A DNA stretch of 64,000 nucleotides from Verrucomicrobiota bacterium (GTDB lineage: Bacteria > Verrucomicrobiota > Verrucomicrobiia > Limisphaerales > AAA164-E04), in assembly GCA_047947115.1 (NCBI GenBank), contig CP170459.1, forward strand, positions 800,001-864,000. Direction: 5' to 3'. Both the position numbers and the translations under genes were made by a program. Shown in pieces: positions 20,207 to 29,959 of the stretch. Position 1 is the stretch's first letter, and the number at the start of each line of letters is the position of its first letter. The notes beneath the pieces were generated by a model, which saw only the letters and a list, made by a program, of their open reading frames with translations, did no database searches and was not told the DNA's origin.

Positions 20207-21072
20207 GGTAGGGACCTGCTGCAGCAGGTCCGTGAGCGCGTTTGAAACATTCGAAACCTTGCGGGGTTATTCGGACACACCAACGGCCGAGCAGCAGCTC
20301 AGCCCTACCAATAGCTGGCGCACTTCACCGGTAGGGACCTGCTGCCGCAGGTCCGTGAGCGCGTTTGAAACATTCGAAACCTTGCAGGGTTATTCGGACA
20401 CACCAACGGCCGAGCAGCAGCTCAGCCCTGCCAATAGCTGGCGCATTACACCGGTAGGGACCCGCTGCCGCAGGTCCGCGAGCGCGTTTGAAACATTCGA
20501 AACCTTGCGGGGTTATTCGGACACACCAACGGCCGAGCAGCAGCTCAGCCCTACCAATAGCTGGCGCACTTCACCGGTAGGGACCTGCTGCCGCAGGTCC
20601 GTGAGCGCGTTTGAAACATTCGAAACCTTGCAGGGTTATTCGGACACACCAACGGCCGAGCAGCAGCTCAGCCCTGCCAATAGCTGGTGCACTGCACAGG
20701 TAGGGACCTGCTGCCGCAGGTCCGCGAACGCGTTTGAAACATTCGAAACCTTGCAGGGTTATTCGGACACACCAACGGCCGAGCAGCAGCTCAGCCCTAC
20801 CAATAGCTGGTGCACTACACAGGTAGGGACCTGCTGCCGCAGGTCCGCGAGCGCGTAAGAAACATTCGAAACCTTGCAGGGGTATTCGGACACGCCAACG
20901 GCCGAGCAGCAGCTCAGCCCTACCAATAGCTGGTGCACTGCACAGGTAGGGACCTGCTGCCGCAGGTCCGCGAACGCGTTTGAAACATTCGAAACCTTGC
21001 AGGGTTATTCGGACACACCAACGGCCGAGCAGCAGCTCAGCCCTACCAATAGCTGGCGTACTTCACCGGTAG
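20207..21072 (+). repeat. tandem array of 7 x 123-bp REP-doublet units (family A, BIME-like)
   Basis: Units start at 20207, 20330, 20453, 20576, 20699, 20822 and 20945. Each is GGTAGGGACCTGCTGCCGCAGGTCC + 53 bp + GGCCGAGCAGCAGCTCAGCCCTACC + 20 bp. Confidence 0.97.
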
Positions 21073-21194
21073 ATAAGTTCCACCTCGTTCCCTTTTTTAA
21101 ACCTATAGGTATCTCCTGACCAAGTGACGTGGAACGCGGGAAGATTTCACCCTGCCGATCGCCTGCGGCATTTCCATTGTGCAGGTAATGGATT

Positions 21195-22439
21195 TCACAA
21201 CCCACAAGGTCTGAAGTGGGCTCTAGACGGAGCTTGCCCCTCCAGGCTGTGCAACAATGCTTCGGCGCACGCTTTCGCAAATGCTGGATCGTTGATTTCC
21301 GCATCTTGTTCGATCACGGGTATGTCGGAGCGAAGATGATCTTTGATGCCTTTGAACAATGCTTCGTCTGCAGCAGTATCATGGAAGGATTGTCCGGGTG
21401 CGCTGATCACGCTGATCGCTTTCAGCGGCAACAAGACCGTAACAGGAGCTGTGTAAGCATTGATCTTTTCAGCCAGAATGCGTCCGAGTTTTGCGCATTC
21501 TTCTTGATTCGTGCGCATCAAAGTGACTTGTGGATTGTGATGGTAAAACGTTCTGCCCGCGAATTTGGAAGGCACGGTCTCTGGTTCTCCAAAATTGACC
21601 ATGTCCAGACACCCGGGCACTACAATCGCCGGTAACTTCGCCTTGCCGGTGGCTTCATGACGATGAGGGCCGGCGGATAATACTCCTCCCACGAGTTCAT
21701 CGGCCCACTCGGTTGCCGTGATGTCGAGCACGCCCACCACCAAACCGCTTTCGATCAGCGATTCCATGCAACGGCCACCGGATCCGGTAGAATGAAACAC
21801 CAGCACTTCGTAGCCGGCCTGTTCCAGGATTATCCTGGCTTCCTCGACACATTGAGTGGTGTTGCCGAACATACTGGCCACGATGATGGGTTTGTCTTCT
21901 GTTGCATCTACTTTGGATTCCACCATCCCGCAGATGGCTCCCGCCCCCCGAGTGAAGATCGTTCGTGAAATGCGGTTGAGTCCCGACACATCCACGATGC
22001 TGGGCATCATGACAATGTCTTTGGTACCGACATAATGTTCCGTGTTGCCGCTGGCCAAAGTGGAAATCATCAACTTGGGAAAACCCACCGGAAGCGCCCG
22101 CATGGCAGCGGTGGCAATCGCTGTTCCGCCACCACCGCCCAGCGACACAACACCTTGAATGCCTCCTTCCTTAACCAATTGCTGCAGCAGCACAGGAGCA
22201 GCTTTAGCCATGGCGGCCACCGATTCACCGCGATCTTGTCTGGCCAGCACCGCATTCAAATCGATTTCTCCGGCGGCGGCCACTTCTTCGCGGGTGATCT
22301 GATGTGCCACGGTCGCGGGAGCCCCCGTGCCGACGTCGATCATCAGAGTTTCATGACCGTGCTTGCGAATCTCGTGCGCGATGAAGGCATGCTCGGCGCC
22401 CTTGGTATCCAAGGTTCCGAGGACTGCGATGGTTGCCAT
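21195..22439 (-). CDS. Tm-1-like ATP-binding domain protein (UPF0261)
   Basis: LGTLDTKG, GGGGGT, PVGFPKLMIST, SMFGNTT, VFHSTGSGG, PGCLDMVNFG. Confidence 0.92.
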   Translation of the reverse strand: MATIAVLGTLDTKGAEHAFIAHEIRKHGHETLMIDVGTGAPATVAHQITREEVAAAGEIDLNAVLARQDRGESVAAMAKAAPVLLQQLVKEGGIQGVVSLGGGGGTAIATAAMRALPVGFPKLMISTLASGNTEHYVGTKDIVMMPSIVDVSGLNRISRTIFTRGAGAICGMVESKVDATEDKPIIVASMFGNTTQCVEEARIILEQAGYEVLVFHSTGSGGRCMESLIESGLVVGVLDITATEWADELVGGVLSAGPHRHEATGKAKLPAIVVPGCLDMVNFGEPETVPSKFAGRTFYHHNPQVTLMRTNQEECAKLGRILAEKINAYTAPVTVLLPLKAISVISAPGQSFHDTAADEALFKGIKDHLRSDIPVIEQDAEINDPAFAKACAEALLHSLEGQAPSRAHFRPCGL

Positions 22440-22484
22440 GGTTGGGAGGGATTATGAAGATTTCAGTCGTGCTTCATCATACGC

Positions 22485-23198
22485 TCAAGGCTTCTCCGAA
22501 ACCCACTTCAAGGCATTCTTCAGAATTGTTTGATAAGCCTCATGACTGTGCGACTGCCCATCATGACCCAAAGTAATTCCCACGACACGGGCTTTCGGAT
22601 GTTTGATGATGAACACGCTTGGGTAATGATCATTCTTGATCTTGGAATAGGCGGTCGCCAACACTTCGATACCGGGCCCCCTGGGATCGACTTTCTGATA
22701 ATAGAGCTCATCCGTGATCTCAAATGTGACAGGAACACCTTTCATCACCGGATGCTCCTCATCGACCACGTCCACCGTGAAGGGCCCCAAACGATCGTGA
22801 CCTCTCGCGCCGCCACCTGCCAGATCGCGATTGAACTCCGGCCAATCCCTCCAGCTGTACCAAAGCGCGGAATGAACCAGCAACATGCCTTTGCCTTCGT
22901 TCAGGTGCTGAACGATCGCATCTTTGGAGGCCTGATCTTCAAAAGGTTTGTTGTTGCTCAGATATAGCACATCCACACCCGCGATCGTTTCCTTCATATC
23001 GGATGTTTTCTCGGTGTAATCCACTATCACATCGGAACTCTCCAGCAGCTTTTTATCAGCCAGATTGAACCAACGTTGAAAATCGTGATAGGTACCTCCC
23101 CCGACAATCAGTGTGTTTAACGGATCAGCCGACGTAACGCCGCAAACAAGAACCAATGCACAAATGGATGCCCAACGATGGAGAATATATTTTTTCAT
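22485..23198 (-). CDS. ThuA-like (trehalose utilisation) domain protein with signal peptide
   Basis: Signal peptide; GGGTYHDF, HPVMKGV...ITDELY, LGHD. Confidence 0.85.
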   Translation of the reverse strand: MKKYILHRWASICALVLVCGVTSADPLNTLIVGGGTYHDFQRWFNLADKKLLESSDVIVDYTEKTSDMKETIAGVDVLYLSNNKPFEDQASKDAIVQHLNEGKGMLLVHSALWYSWRDWPEFNRDLAGGGARGHDRLGPFTVDVVDEEHPVMKGVPVTFEITDELYYQKVDPRGPGIEVLATAYSKIKNDHYPSVFIIKHPKARVVGITLGHDGQSHSHEAYQTILKNALKWVSEKP

Positions 23199-23264
23199 AA
23201 ATGACGTAACCGGGTTGATCAGTATTGAAGTGAATCAGACACGCGCGGTCAAGCGCCACACGCC

Positions 23265-24146
23265 TTAAAATTTGAATTTTCCGGCAGCGGGAGCTTTAAG
23301 GGATTTGAATTTACGGGTGAGTTGAGTGAGGGATTCCTCAACTGCCATGCGTTCCAGAGAACTGGCACCCACAAAACCCAGCACATCCGAATGCTTCATG
23401 ATTTTGTCGGCATCTTCCGGCGTGTTGATGGGTCCACCGTGCGCCAAAAAGATCACATCCTTGCGGTGTTGTTGCACGGCATCGATGATTTCTTTGCAAC
23501 GCTGGATCGCAAAATCCCAGGTTACCACCGCATTGGTCACTCCAATCGAACCACCCACAGTCGTGCCTACGTGCACGATGATCGCATCCGCTCCGGCCTT
23601 GGCCATCTCCACGGCTTCTTCGGGTGTGGCGACATACACAACGGAAAACAAATCCATCTTCCGCGCCAAAGCAACCATCTCAAATTCCTTCTTCACGCTC
23701 ATCCCGGTCTCCTCCAGCACACCCCGGAAATGACCGTCGACAATGGTATGGGTCGGGAAATTGTTCACCCCCGAAAACCCCATATCCTTGACCTGAAGCA
23801 ACCAGTGCCACATCCGACGCCGTGGATCCGTGGCGTGCACCCCGCAGATCACCGGCACTTCCTCCACCACCGGCAACACTTCAAACTCCCCGATCTCCAT
23901 CGCCACCGCATTGGCATCCCCGTAGGCCATCAGGCCACAGGTGGAACCATGCCCGGACATACGATAACGTCCCGAGTTATAAATAATGATCAAATCCCCC
24001 CCACCCTTTTCAATAAACTTGGCGGAGATGCCGGTTCCGGCGCCTGCAGCGATGATGGCGTCCCCTTGCTTGATCGTTTCATGAAGTCGCTCGATGACTT
24101 CCTTGCGTGTGTAAGGATTCCCCTTACCTGTCCATGGGTTTGGCAT
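23265..24146 (-). CDS. phosphoenolpyruvate hydrolase family / TIM-barrel signal transduction protein
   Basis: GAGTGISAK, IYNSGRYRM, YGDAN, GVNNFPT, HGGPI, GASSLER. Confidence 0.92.
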   Translation of the reverse strand: MPNPWTGKGNPYTRKEVIERLHETIKQGDAIIAAGAGTGISAKFIEKGGGDLIIIYNSGRYRMSGHGSTCGLMAYGDANAVAMEIGEFEVLPVVEEVPVICGVHATDPRRRMWHWLLQVKDMGFSGVNNFPTHTIVDGHFRGVLEETGMSVKKEFEMVALARKMDLFSVVYVATPEEAVEMAKAGADAIIVHVGTTVGGSIGVTNAVVTWDFAIQRCKEIIDAVQQHRKDVIFLAHGGPINTPEDADKIMKHSDVLGFVGASSLERMAVEESLTQLTRKFKSLKAPAAGKFKF

Positions 24147-24205
24147 AATTAAAAAGTAACGTGTTCAGAAATTCTAGCTTTGCGACGATTGAATTTCCAT
24201 CAAGT

Positions 24206-24607
24206 TCATTCATTGAACTGATAGAGTTCAATAGGAATGTGTTTGGCATAATGGACAAAGTCCTTGTCTTTACTGAGGATTGATATCTTCCATTTGATCG
24301 AACAGGCACAAATTAAGAAATCGGTATGGGATCCCTGGATCCCCCTGCTTCGACAGAGATTGAAACAGGATGCTGCCATCTCAAAAATTGGCTCTTCAAT
24401 GATGTGACTCGGAAACGCCCTCAATGAGTTTTTGATCTGTTCATATTGAGTGAAGTTCTTAATCCCTGATAGGATCTCCTGTCTGATCGGCCCGATCATC
24501 ACCACTTCACCGTTTGCAATCAGGTTTCTGAGAGTGGTCACACTCTTGCCTGATCTACCCTTTTTCCGGAATGCTTCAGACCAGACATCGGAATCAACGA
24601 TGACCAT
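24206..24607 (-). CDS. vapC: VapC PIN-domain toxin
   Basis: IVDSDVWS, QEILSG, TDFLICA, SKDKDF. Confidence 0.92.
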   Translation of the reverse strand: MVIVDSDVWSEAFRKKGRSGKSVTTLRNLIANGEVVMIGPIRQEILSGIKNFTQYEQIKNSLRAFPSHIIEEPIFEMAASCFNLCRSRGIQGSHTDFLICACSIKWKISILSKDKDFVHYAKHIPIELYQFNE

Positions 24608-24804
24608 TACAGCCTCCGGGCCTTTTTAGGTTGGTAATCGTCGAAATATTCCACCGTCCCAAAAAGATCCAGCACCTTTTGTTGCTCCCGTCGAACAATA
24701 AATTCTTTCAATGCTTCGTTGACCGTATCCTTCTTCGTCCTCTTTCCCCCTATTTTTAGAGCTTTGTTTAACAGCTCATCATCTATTGCCAAATTTGTCG
24801 CCAT
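24607..24804 (-). CDS. vapB: VapB antitoxin
   Basis: MATNLAIDDELLNKALKIGGKRTKKDTVNEALKEF; TAATG overlap with vapC. Confidence 0.92.
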   Translation of the reverse strand: MATNLAIDDELLNKALKIGGKRTKKDTVNEALKEFIVRREQQKVLDLFGTVEYFDDYQPKKARRL

Positions 24805-24839
24805 GTGTAGACACTTACACAAATGTGGCACATAGTCAA
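24804..24839 (-). promoter_or_regulatory. vapBC promoter/operator
   Basis: Minus strand has a TTGACT -35 (24834-24839) and the palindrome TGTGTA-N6-TACACA (24804-24821) abutting the ATG. Confidence 0.6.
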
Positions 24840-25881
24840 TCAAACTGGTTTTCAACGGAAGTACATTCTGGTCAGATTATCAACAACAATTATCAGATTG
24901 ATATTACTGTGGGAGCTAAACACTACTTCGCTTTGGTAGGCTTGAGCGAACCAGCACTTCAGGATGAGGTTGTTGGTGGCCTTGTGCCTTTCAAACTTTC
25001 GGAAGCAGAGCATCAGTTCATGCTCCAAGAGACAGATATTGCTGTAGATGTAGATTCTGCGGTTGATGCTGCTGAACAATCTTTCAGCGAAAGCTACCCA
25101 AATGGGAACATTTACTTCAAAAAGAGCAGATTTTACAAAGGTTCTGCACTGCATTCACTGAGATATTCAACAGTTTTGGGGCGTGTTGGTTGTTTCTAAT
25201 ATAGTTTAAAATACTGCAATTTGATGTTTTTGCTATAAATAAAACCCAATCAAATACCAACAGAACACCAACAAAACCCAACCAAATACCAACAAAACGA
25301 AGATAAATTATCTTATTCCAAAGCCATTTTGATTAAATAAAGGCCATAAAATGCTGTCTTTATGGCTTTTTTGCTTTTCCACACCATTTTTAAATCAAGA
25401 ACTTGTTGTTTATTTTTATAAATAGCAATCAAGATGGCCTTTGTGACGTAAATCGACACAACCAAACATCTGGTCAAATTCTCATCGGATACTCGCGAAG
25501 TTGTCCCTCCTCTCTAAAAGCAAGCAAGTGTTCAGCAACATTTGAAATAAAGGGTAGGGTCTTCTTCTACCTCTCAACAGTCACTAGGCTGTTCACCTAC
25601 CCTTCAACCAAGTAACTAAAATTAAATCTGAAAAAAATTTTCATCTTCTTTGGTAATGTTTGTTAGATTCTTGCTTTTTGCCTCATTGGGCATGCCCATA
25701 TCATTACTACAGCAGACATTTCAACGGCCTCCATATCTATTATGATGAAATGCAATAATCGAACTTGCTTTAATAGGATTAAAACCATATTAAAGAGTTC
25801 GTTTTGGCGTTTTGAGATTGATCTGGATGCAGATCTGCATAGCACCTTCTGCTATGCATCAAAATGCAGAAAACCCTGAAA
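24840..25881. other. AT-rich islet with a start-less ORF fragment (ending 25199) and CCAA(C/A)-type short repeats
   Basis: Visibly lower GC than the flanks; ATACCAACAGAACACCAACAAAACCCAACCAAATACCAACAAAAC at ~25254-25298; no recognisable intact gene. Confidence 0.6.
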
Positions 25882-25958
25882 GCACCGGTAGATCAACTGG
25901 ATAGATCATCTGACTTCGGATCAGAGGGTTGGGGGTTCGAATCCCTCCCGGTGTACCA
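25882..25958 (+). tRNA. tRNA-Arg, anticodon TCG
   Basis: 77-nt cloverleaf: acceptor GCACCGG/CCGGTGT, D-stem GATC/GATC, anticodon arm TCTGA-CTTCGGA-TCAGA, T-arm GGGGG-TTCGAAT-CCCTC, encoded CCA. Confidence 0.95.
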
Positions 25959-25963
25959 TTTGC

Positions 25964-27334
25964 TTACCCCTTAAATTCCGCTACCAATCCCTGCAATGTC
26001 TGTCGTGCATCGCCGAAGAGCATGCGGGAGTTTTCACGGAAGAAGAGGGCGTTGTCGATGCCGGCAAAGCCGGAGGCCATGGAGCGTTTCATGACAATCA
26101 CCGTTCTGGCTTTGTGGGCTTCGATGATGGGCATGCCGTGAATCGGGCTGGATGGATCTTCCGCTGCCGCAGGGTTCACGATGTCGTTGGCGCCGATGAT
26201 CAGGCAGACATCGACGGTTTCCATCACGGGGTTGATGGCTTCCATTTCCACCAGTTGTTCGTAGGGTACGTTGGCTTCAGCCAATAATACGTTCATGTGG
26301 CCCGGCATACGTCCTGCAACGGGGTGGATGGCGTATTGAACTTGTGCGCCGTTGGCTTCCAGGATTTGACCGAGTTCGTGCACGGCGTGTTGGGCTTGGG
26401 CCACTGCCATGCCGTATCCAGGTACGACAGCGACTGATCGGGCGGCTTCCAATAGAATAAAGGTGTCTTCAACTGAGATGGGTTTGACCTCGCCTTCGAT
26501 TTTGTCCTGTTTCTTGGAGGTGGATGCCGAACCAAATCCACTGAACAACACGTTCCCCAGGGAACGGTTCATGGCTTTGCACATGATCTGGGTGAGGATG
26601 ATGCCGCTGGCTCCGACCAGGGAGCCGGTCACGACCAAAACGTTGTTCCGCAAAACGAATCCCGTCGCACAAGCTGCCAAACCCGAATAACTGTTGAGCA
26701 AGGCAATGATCACCGGCATGTCCGCTCCACCAATGGGAATCGTGGTCAGCACACCCAACAACAAAGCCACTCCGAGGACAATATGGAAAAAGGTCAAATT
26801 GGCTCCCCCCCCCGCACAGAATGCAACAGTCAAACCCACAACCGCGAGAATCAACACCAGATTCAAGGGCTTTTGTCCGGGAAACAGGAACGGTCGGCCG
26901 GGGAGTTTACCACTGAGTTTTCCCCAGGCGATTAAACTTCCAGTAAAAGTAAGCGCTCCGATGAAAACGGAAATGAGCACGGTGGCGTTTTGAAACACTT
27001 CAGGAGATGGCGATCGCCGATGAGCTTCCCAAGCGACGAGCAAGCTGGCCAGACCTCCCGACCCGTTGAAGAGAGCCACCATTTCCGGCATCGAAGTCAT
27101 GGCCACCAACCGGGCGGCCAGCGCTCCGATGACGGTTCCCGCCACCACGCCGACGACGATCCATTGAAAATCCAGAATGCCTTTGTTGAGCAATGTGACG
27201 ATGATCGCCAGCAGCATGCCGGATGCTGAGAGCATGTTCCCACGCCGGGCTGTGTCGGGCGAGCTGAGTTGTTTGATACCAAAAATGAAGGCGCCCGCGC
27301 TGAGCATGTAGGCTATGTCGATCCAGTGGTTCAT
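25964..27334 (-). CDS. pntB: NAD(P) transhydrogenase subunit beta
   Basis: MPEMVALFNG, IGGADMPV, NSYSG, PGYGMAVAQAQ, HPVAGRMPGHMNVLLAE. Confidence 0.97.
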   Translation of the reverse strand: MNHWIDIAYMLSAGAFIFGIKQLSSPDTARRGNMLSASGMLLAIIVTLLNKGILDFQWIVVGVVAGTVIGALAARLVAMTSMPEMVALFNGSGGLASLLVAWEAHRRSPSPEVFQNATVLISVFIGALTFTGSLIAWGKLSGKLPGRPFLFPGQKPLNLVLILAVVGLTVAFCAGGGANLTFFHIVLGVALLLGVLTTIPIGGADMPVIIALLNSYSGLAACATGFVLRNNVLVVTGSLVGASGIILTQIMCKAMNRSLGNVLFSGFGSASTSKKQDKIEGEVKPISVEDTFILLEAARSVAVVPGYGMAVAQAQHAVHELGQILEANGAQVQYAIHPVAGRMPGHMNVLLAEANVPYEQLVEMEAINPVMETVDVCLIIGANDIVNPAAAEDPSSPIHGMPIIEAHKARTVIVMKRSMASGFAGIDNALFFRENSRMLFGDARQTLQGLVAEFKG

Positions 27335-27630
27335 CGCTTGTCACCCTTCTTTTTGAACATTTCCAACATACGATCAGTGACCAGGTATCCTCCGACGACA
27401 TTGACCGTTGCCGCGATCAGGGCGATCAACCCCAACCACCGACTGAGGGTATCATCGGTTCCCGAACCTGCCGCCAGCAACGCCCCGACGATGGCGATGC
27501 CGGAAATGGCGTTGGATCCGGACATCAGGGGTGTATGCAACATGGACGGAACCTTGGAGATCAATTCAAATCCAAGCACGGCCGAAAGTAAGAAGATGAA
27601 GAAGAGATAAATGAGTAAAGTTGTTTCCAT
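27331..27630 (-). CDS. pntA: NAD(P) transhydrogenase subunit alpha part 2 (membrane)
   Basis: VPSMLHTPLMSGSNAISG, NVVGGYLVTDRMLEMF. Confidence 0.95.
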   Translation of the reverse strand: METTLLIYLFFIFLLSAVLGFELISKVPSMLHTPLMSGSNAISGIAIVGALLAAGSGTDDTLSRWLGLIALIAATVNVVGGYLVTDRMLEMFKKKGDKR

Positions 27631-27641
27631 AACGTTGTTGA

Positions 27642-28775
27642 TTAGGAATGGATGGACTGAAACTGCGGATGAATGATTTTCCCTTCGTAGGCGATCAGGC
27701 AGGATTTCATGATCTCGTCCTCAAGGTCCCATTTCCAGGTTTTGGTTTCCTTGTCCCAGAATTCGGTGATGAGATGCACCAGATTGCTTGCGTACATCTG
27801 GCTGGCATGGAAGGCGACCCGACCGGGAAGTTTCGAAAAGCCGATCAATTTAACCCCATTGATATCCACGATCTCGTCGAGTTGAATCCCTTCAACATTG
27901 CCACCGGTTTCCACCGCCAGGTCCACCACAACGGTACCCGGCTCCATGGCATTGACGATGTCTTTGGTGACGATCTTGGGAGCGGGTTTGCCGAAGACCT
28001 GTGCCGTGGTGATCACGATGTCGGCGTTGCGATAAAACTTGAGCATGGCTTCACGTTGTTTGGCCAATTGCTCATCCGTCAATGCCTTGGCATAGCCTTG
28101 ATCAGTCTGCCCGGTTTCACCCACATCGATCTGGGCAAAACGTGCCCCCAGAGATTCGACCTGTTCGCGCACCACCGGACGAGTATCGTAGGCGGTCACT
28201 TGAGCCCCAAGACGGCGGGCTGTGGCAATGGCCTGCAATCCGGCCACACCGGCACCGACCACCAGCACCCGACAAGGTTGAATGGTTCCTGCAGCCGTCA
28301 TCATCATGGGAAACGCCTTGGTCGTATGGTTGGCGGCGATCAATACAGCCACATATCCCGCCAGATTTGCCTGAGAGGTCAAAGCGTCCATGCGTTGGGC
28401 GCGGGTGATGCGGGGCACCATTTCAATGCCGATCGCGTTGATTTGCTTGCGGGCCAGGGTTCCAACCGGTGAGGTCTTGTCGAAGGGGTTCAAGAAACCG
28501 ATGTGCAAGGAGCCTGACTGCATCTGTTCAACATCCTCTTGTGCAGGAGGATGAAAGCGCAGCACAATGTCGGCATTAGATACAACCTTCGTGCGATCAG
28601 ACTCCACACTCGCGCCGGCTTTCTCATAGGCTTCATCGGGAATGCCACTTAAGGCGCCCAATCCAGCCTCCACCACCACCTCCGCTCCCAAGGCAACCAA
28701 CTTGGTCACCGATTCGGGAACCATGGCGGTTCGCTGTTCTCCCGGTAATATTTCGGATGGTATCCCGATCTTCAT
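27642..28775 (-). CDS. pntA: NAD(P) transhydrogenase subunit alpha part 1
   Basis: PRITRAQRMDAL, MMTAAGT, GAGVAGLQAIATA, DLAVETGGN. Confidence 0.96.
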   Translation of the reverse strand: MKIGIPSEILPGEQRTAMVPESVTKLVALGAEVVVEAGLGALSGIPDEAYEKAGASVESDRTKVVSNADIVLRFHPPAQEDVEQMQSGSLHIGFLNPFDKTSPVGTLARKQINAIGIEMVPRITRAQRMDALTSQANLAGYVAVLIAANHTTKAFPMMMTAAGTIQPCRVLVVGAGVAGLQAIATARRLGAQVTAYDTRPVVREQVESLGARFAQIDVGETGQTDQGYAKALTDEQLAKQREAMLKFYRNADIVITTAQVFGKPAPKIVTKDIVNAMEPGTVVVDLAVETGGNVEGIQLDEIVDINGVKLIGFSKLPGRVAFHASQMYASNLVHLITEFWDKETKTWKWDLEDEIMKSCLIAYEGKIIHPQFQSIHS

Positions 28776-28964
28776 AATGCTTAAGCTGGTGAGGGTATTG
28801 TGAAGGAAACGCGGTTCCAGACCAAGCCAATATTGACTTTGAAATAAGATAAGACACAGAGCAGAATGACCGAAGCATCTCCTTTAGGCTTTTCTTTGAA
28901 TCCCGATTTGTCACACTACATCTTATTCCGAAAACCTAGAATCCAGTTTAAGGACGATAACCTT

Positions 28965-29930
28965 ATGAATAGTTTTTTGAACAAGAAATGGATATTTCCC
29001 ATATGGGCGTGTTTGACAATCTTGACGCTGAGCGGAACGCTCTCGGCCGGGTCACTTTCGCTCCTCGAAACCAAAGAGACCATCGAAATCAGGGATGCAG
29101 ACCAGACGATGCTGGTTTATCACAAGGCAGCTGTTCCTCAACCGGAGGGAAAGGACCCAGTTTACGCTCGCAGCGGATTTATCCATCCACTCAAATCTCC
29201 TTCGGGCGGTGTGGTGACCAGCATCCATGCCGATGATCATGTCCATCACGTCGGTCTCTGGCATGCCTGGGTAAAGACGGAACACAAAGACCGTCACTTC
29301 GATTTTTGGAATCTCGGAGACAAGACCGGCAAAGTGCGATTCGTCAAAACTCTTTCATCATTCAGTCAAGGAGAATCCGTTGGATTCTCGGTTCAACAGG
29401 AACAAGTCGGCATGACCAGCGAAGGCACAAAGGAAGAAGTCGTTCTAAACGAGATTTTAACCGTTCAAGTTCAGAAAAGAGACGGCAGTTACCTTGTCGA
29501 CTACGACACGGAACAGACCAATGTGACCGATGCGCCACTGAATCTCCCCGCGTATCGCTATGGCGGCTGCATCGCCTATCGCGCCCCCTATCATTGGAAC
29601 AAGGAGAACAGCAACTACCTCACCTCTGAAGGCAAAGACCGCAGCAATGGTCACACCACCCGCGGACGCTGGTGCGCGATGTTTGGCCCCACCGATCAGG
29701 GAGACGCCACGCTGGCCATTCTTTGTCACCCGGAAAACCGCGATGCCCCGCAGCGCATGCGTGTGTGGCCCGATGGAAAAGTGTTTTTCAACTACGTCCC
29801 CATTCAGGAAACCGGGTGGGCGCTCAAACCGAACGAACCCTCCACCATGCGTTATCGCGTGGTCATCTCCGACGGCAAGGCAAACGCCGATCGTTTGAAC
29901 GCATTTTGGAACCATTACTCCAAGGAATAA
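28965..29930 (+). CDS. PmoA/DUF6807 family exported protein
   Basis: Signal peptide; RSGFIHPL, DHVHHVGLW, YRYGG, HPEN. Confidence 0.75.
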   Translation: MNSFLNKKWIFPIWACLTILTLSGTLSAGSLSLLETKETIEIRDADQTMLVYHKAAVPQPEGKDPVYARSGFIHPLKSPSGGVVTSIHADDHVHHVGLWHAWVKTEHKDRHFDFWNLGDKTGKVRFVKTLSSFSQGESVGFSVQQEQVGMTSEGTKEEVVLNEILTVQVQKRDGSYLVDYDTEQTNVTDAPLNLPAYRYGGCIAYRAPYHWNKENSNYLTSEGKDRSNGHTTRGRWCAMFGPTDQGDATLAILCHPENRDAPQRMRVWPDGKVFFNYVPIQETGWALKPNEPSTMRYRVVISDGKANADRLNAFWNHYSKE

Positions 29931-29959
29931 TCCAACAAGAACAACCATCCTCAAAAAAC

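Noticed and set aside
20207..21072. CRISPR array
   Set aside because: The sequences between hairpins are near-identical rather than unique spacers, the period is 123 bp, and there is no cas gene in the window.
20232..21119. Repeat-protein CDSs in the first array (and 49531-49839 in the third)
   Set aside because: These frames are open because the unit is GC-rich and 41 codons long. There is no credible start or RBS, and one unit has a stop.
24206..25958. Prophage or integrative element at the tRNA
   Set aside because: No integrase, no phage genes and no duplicated tRNA 3' end found in the window.
28965..29930. Particulate methane monooxygenase
   Set aside because: The PmoA-family label refers to a soluble exported DUF6807-type protein; there are no membrane helices and no pmoB/pmoC.
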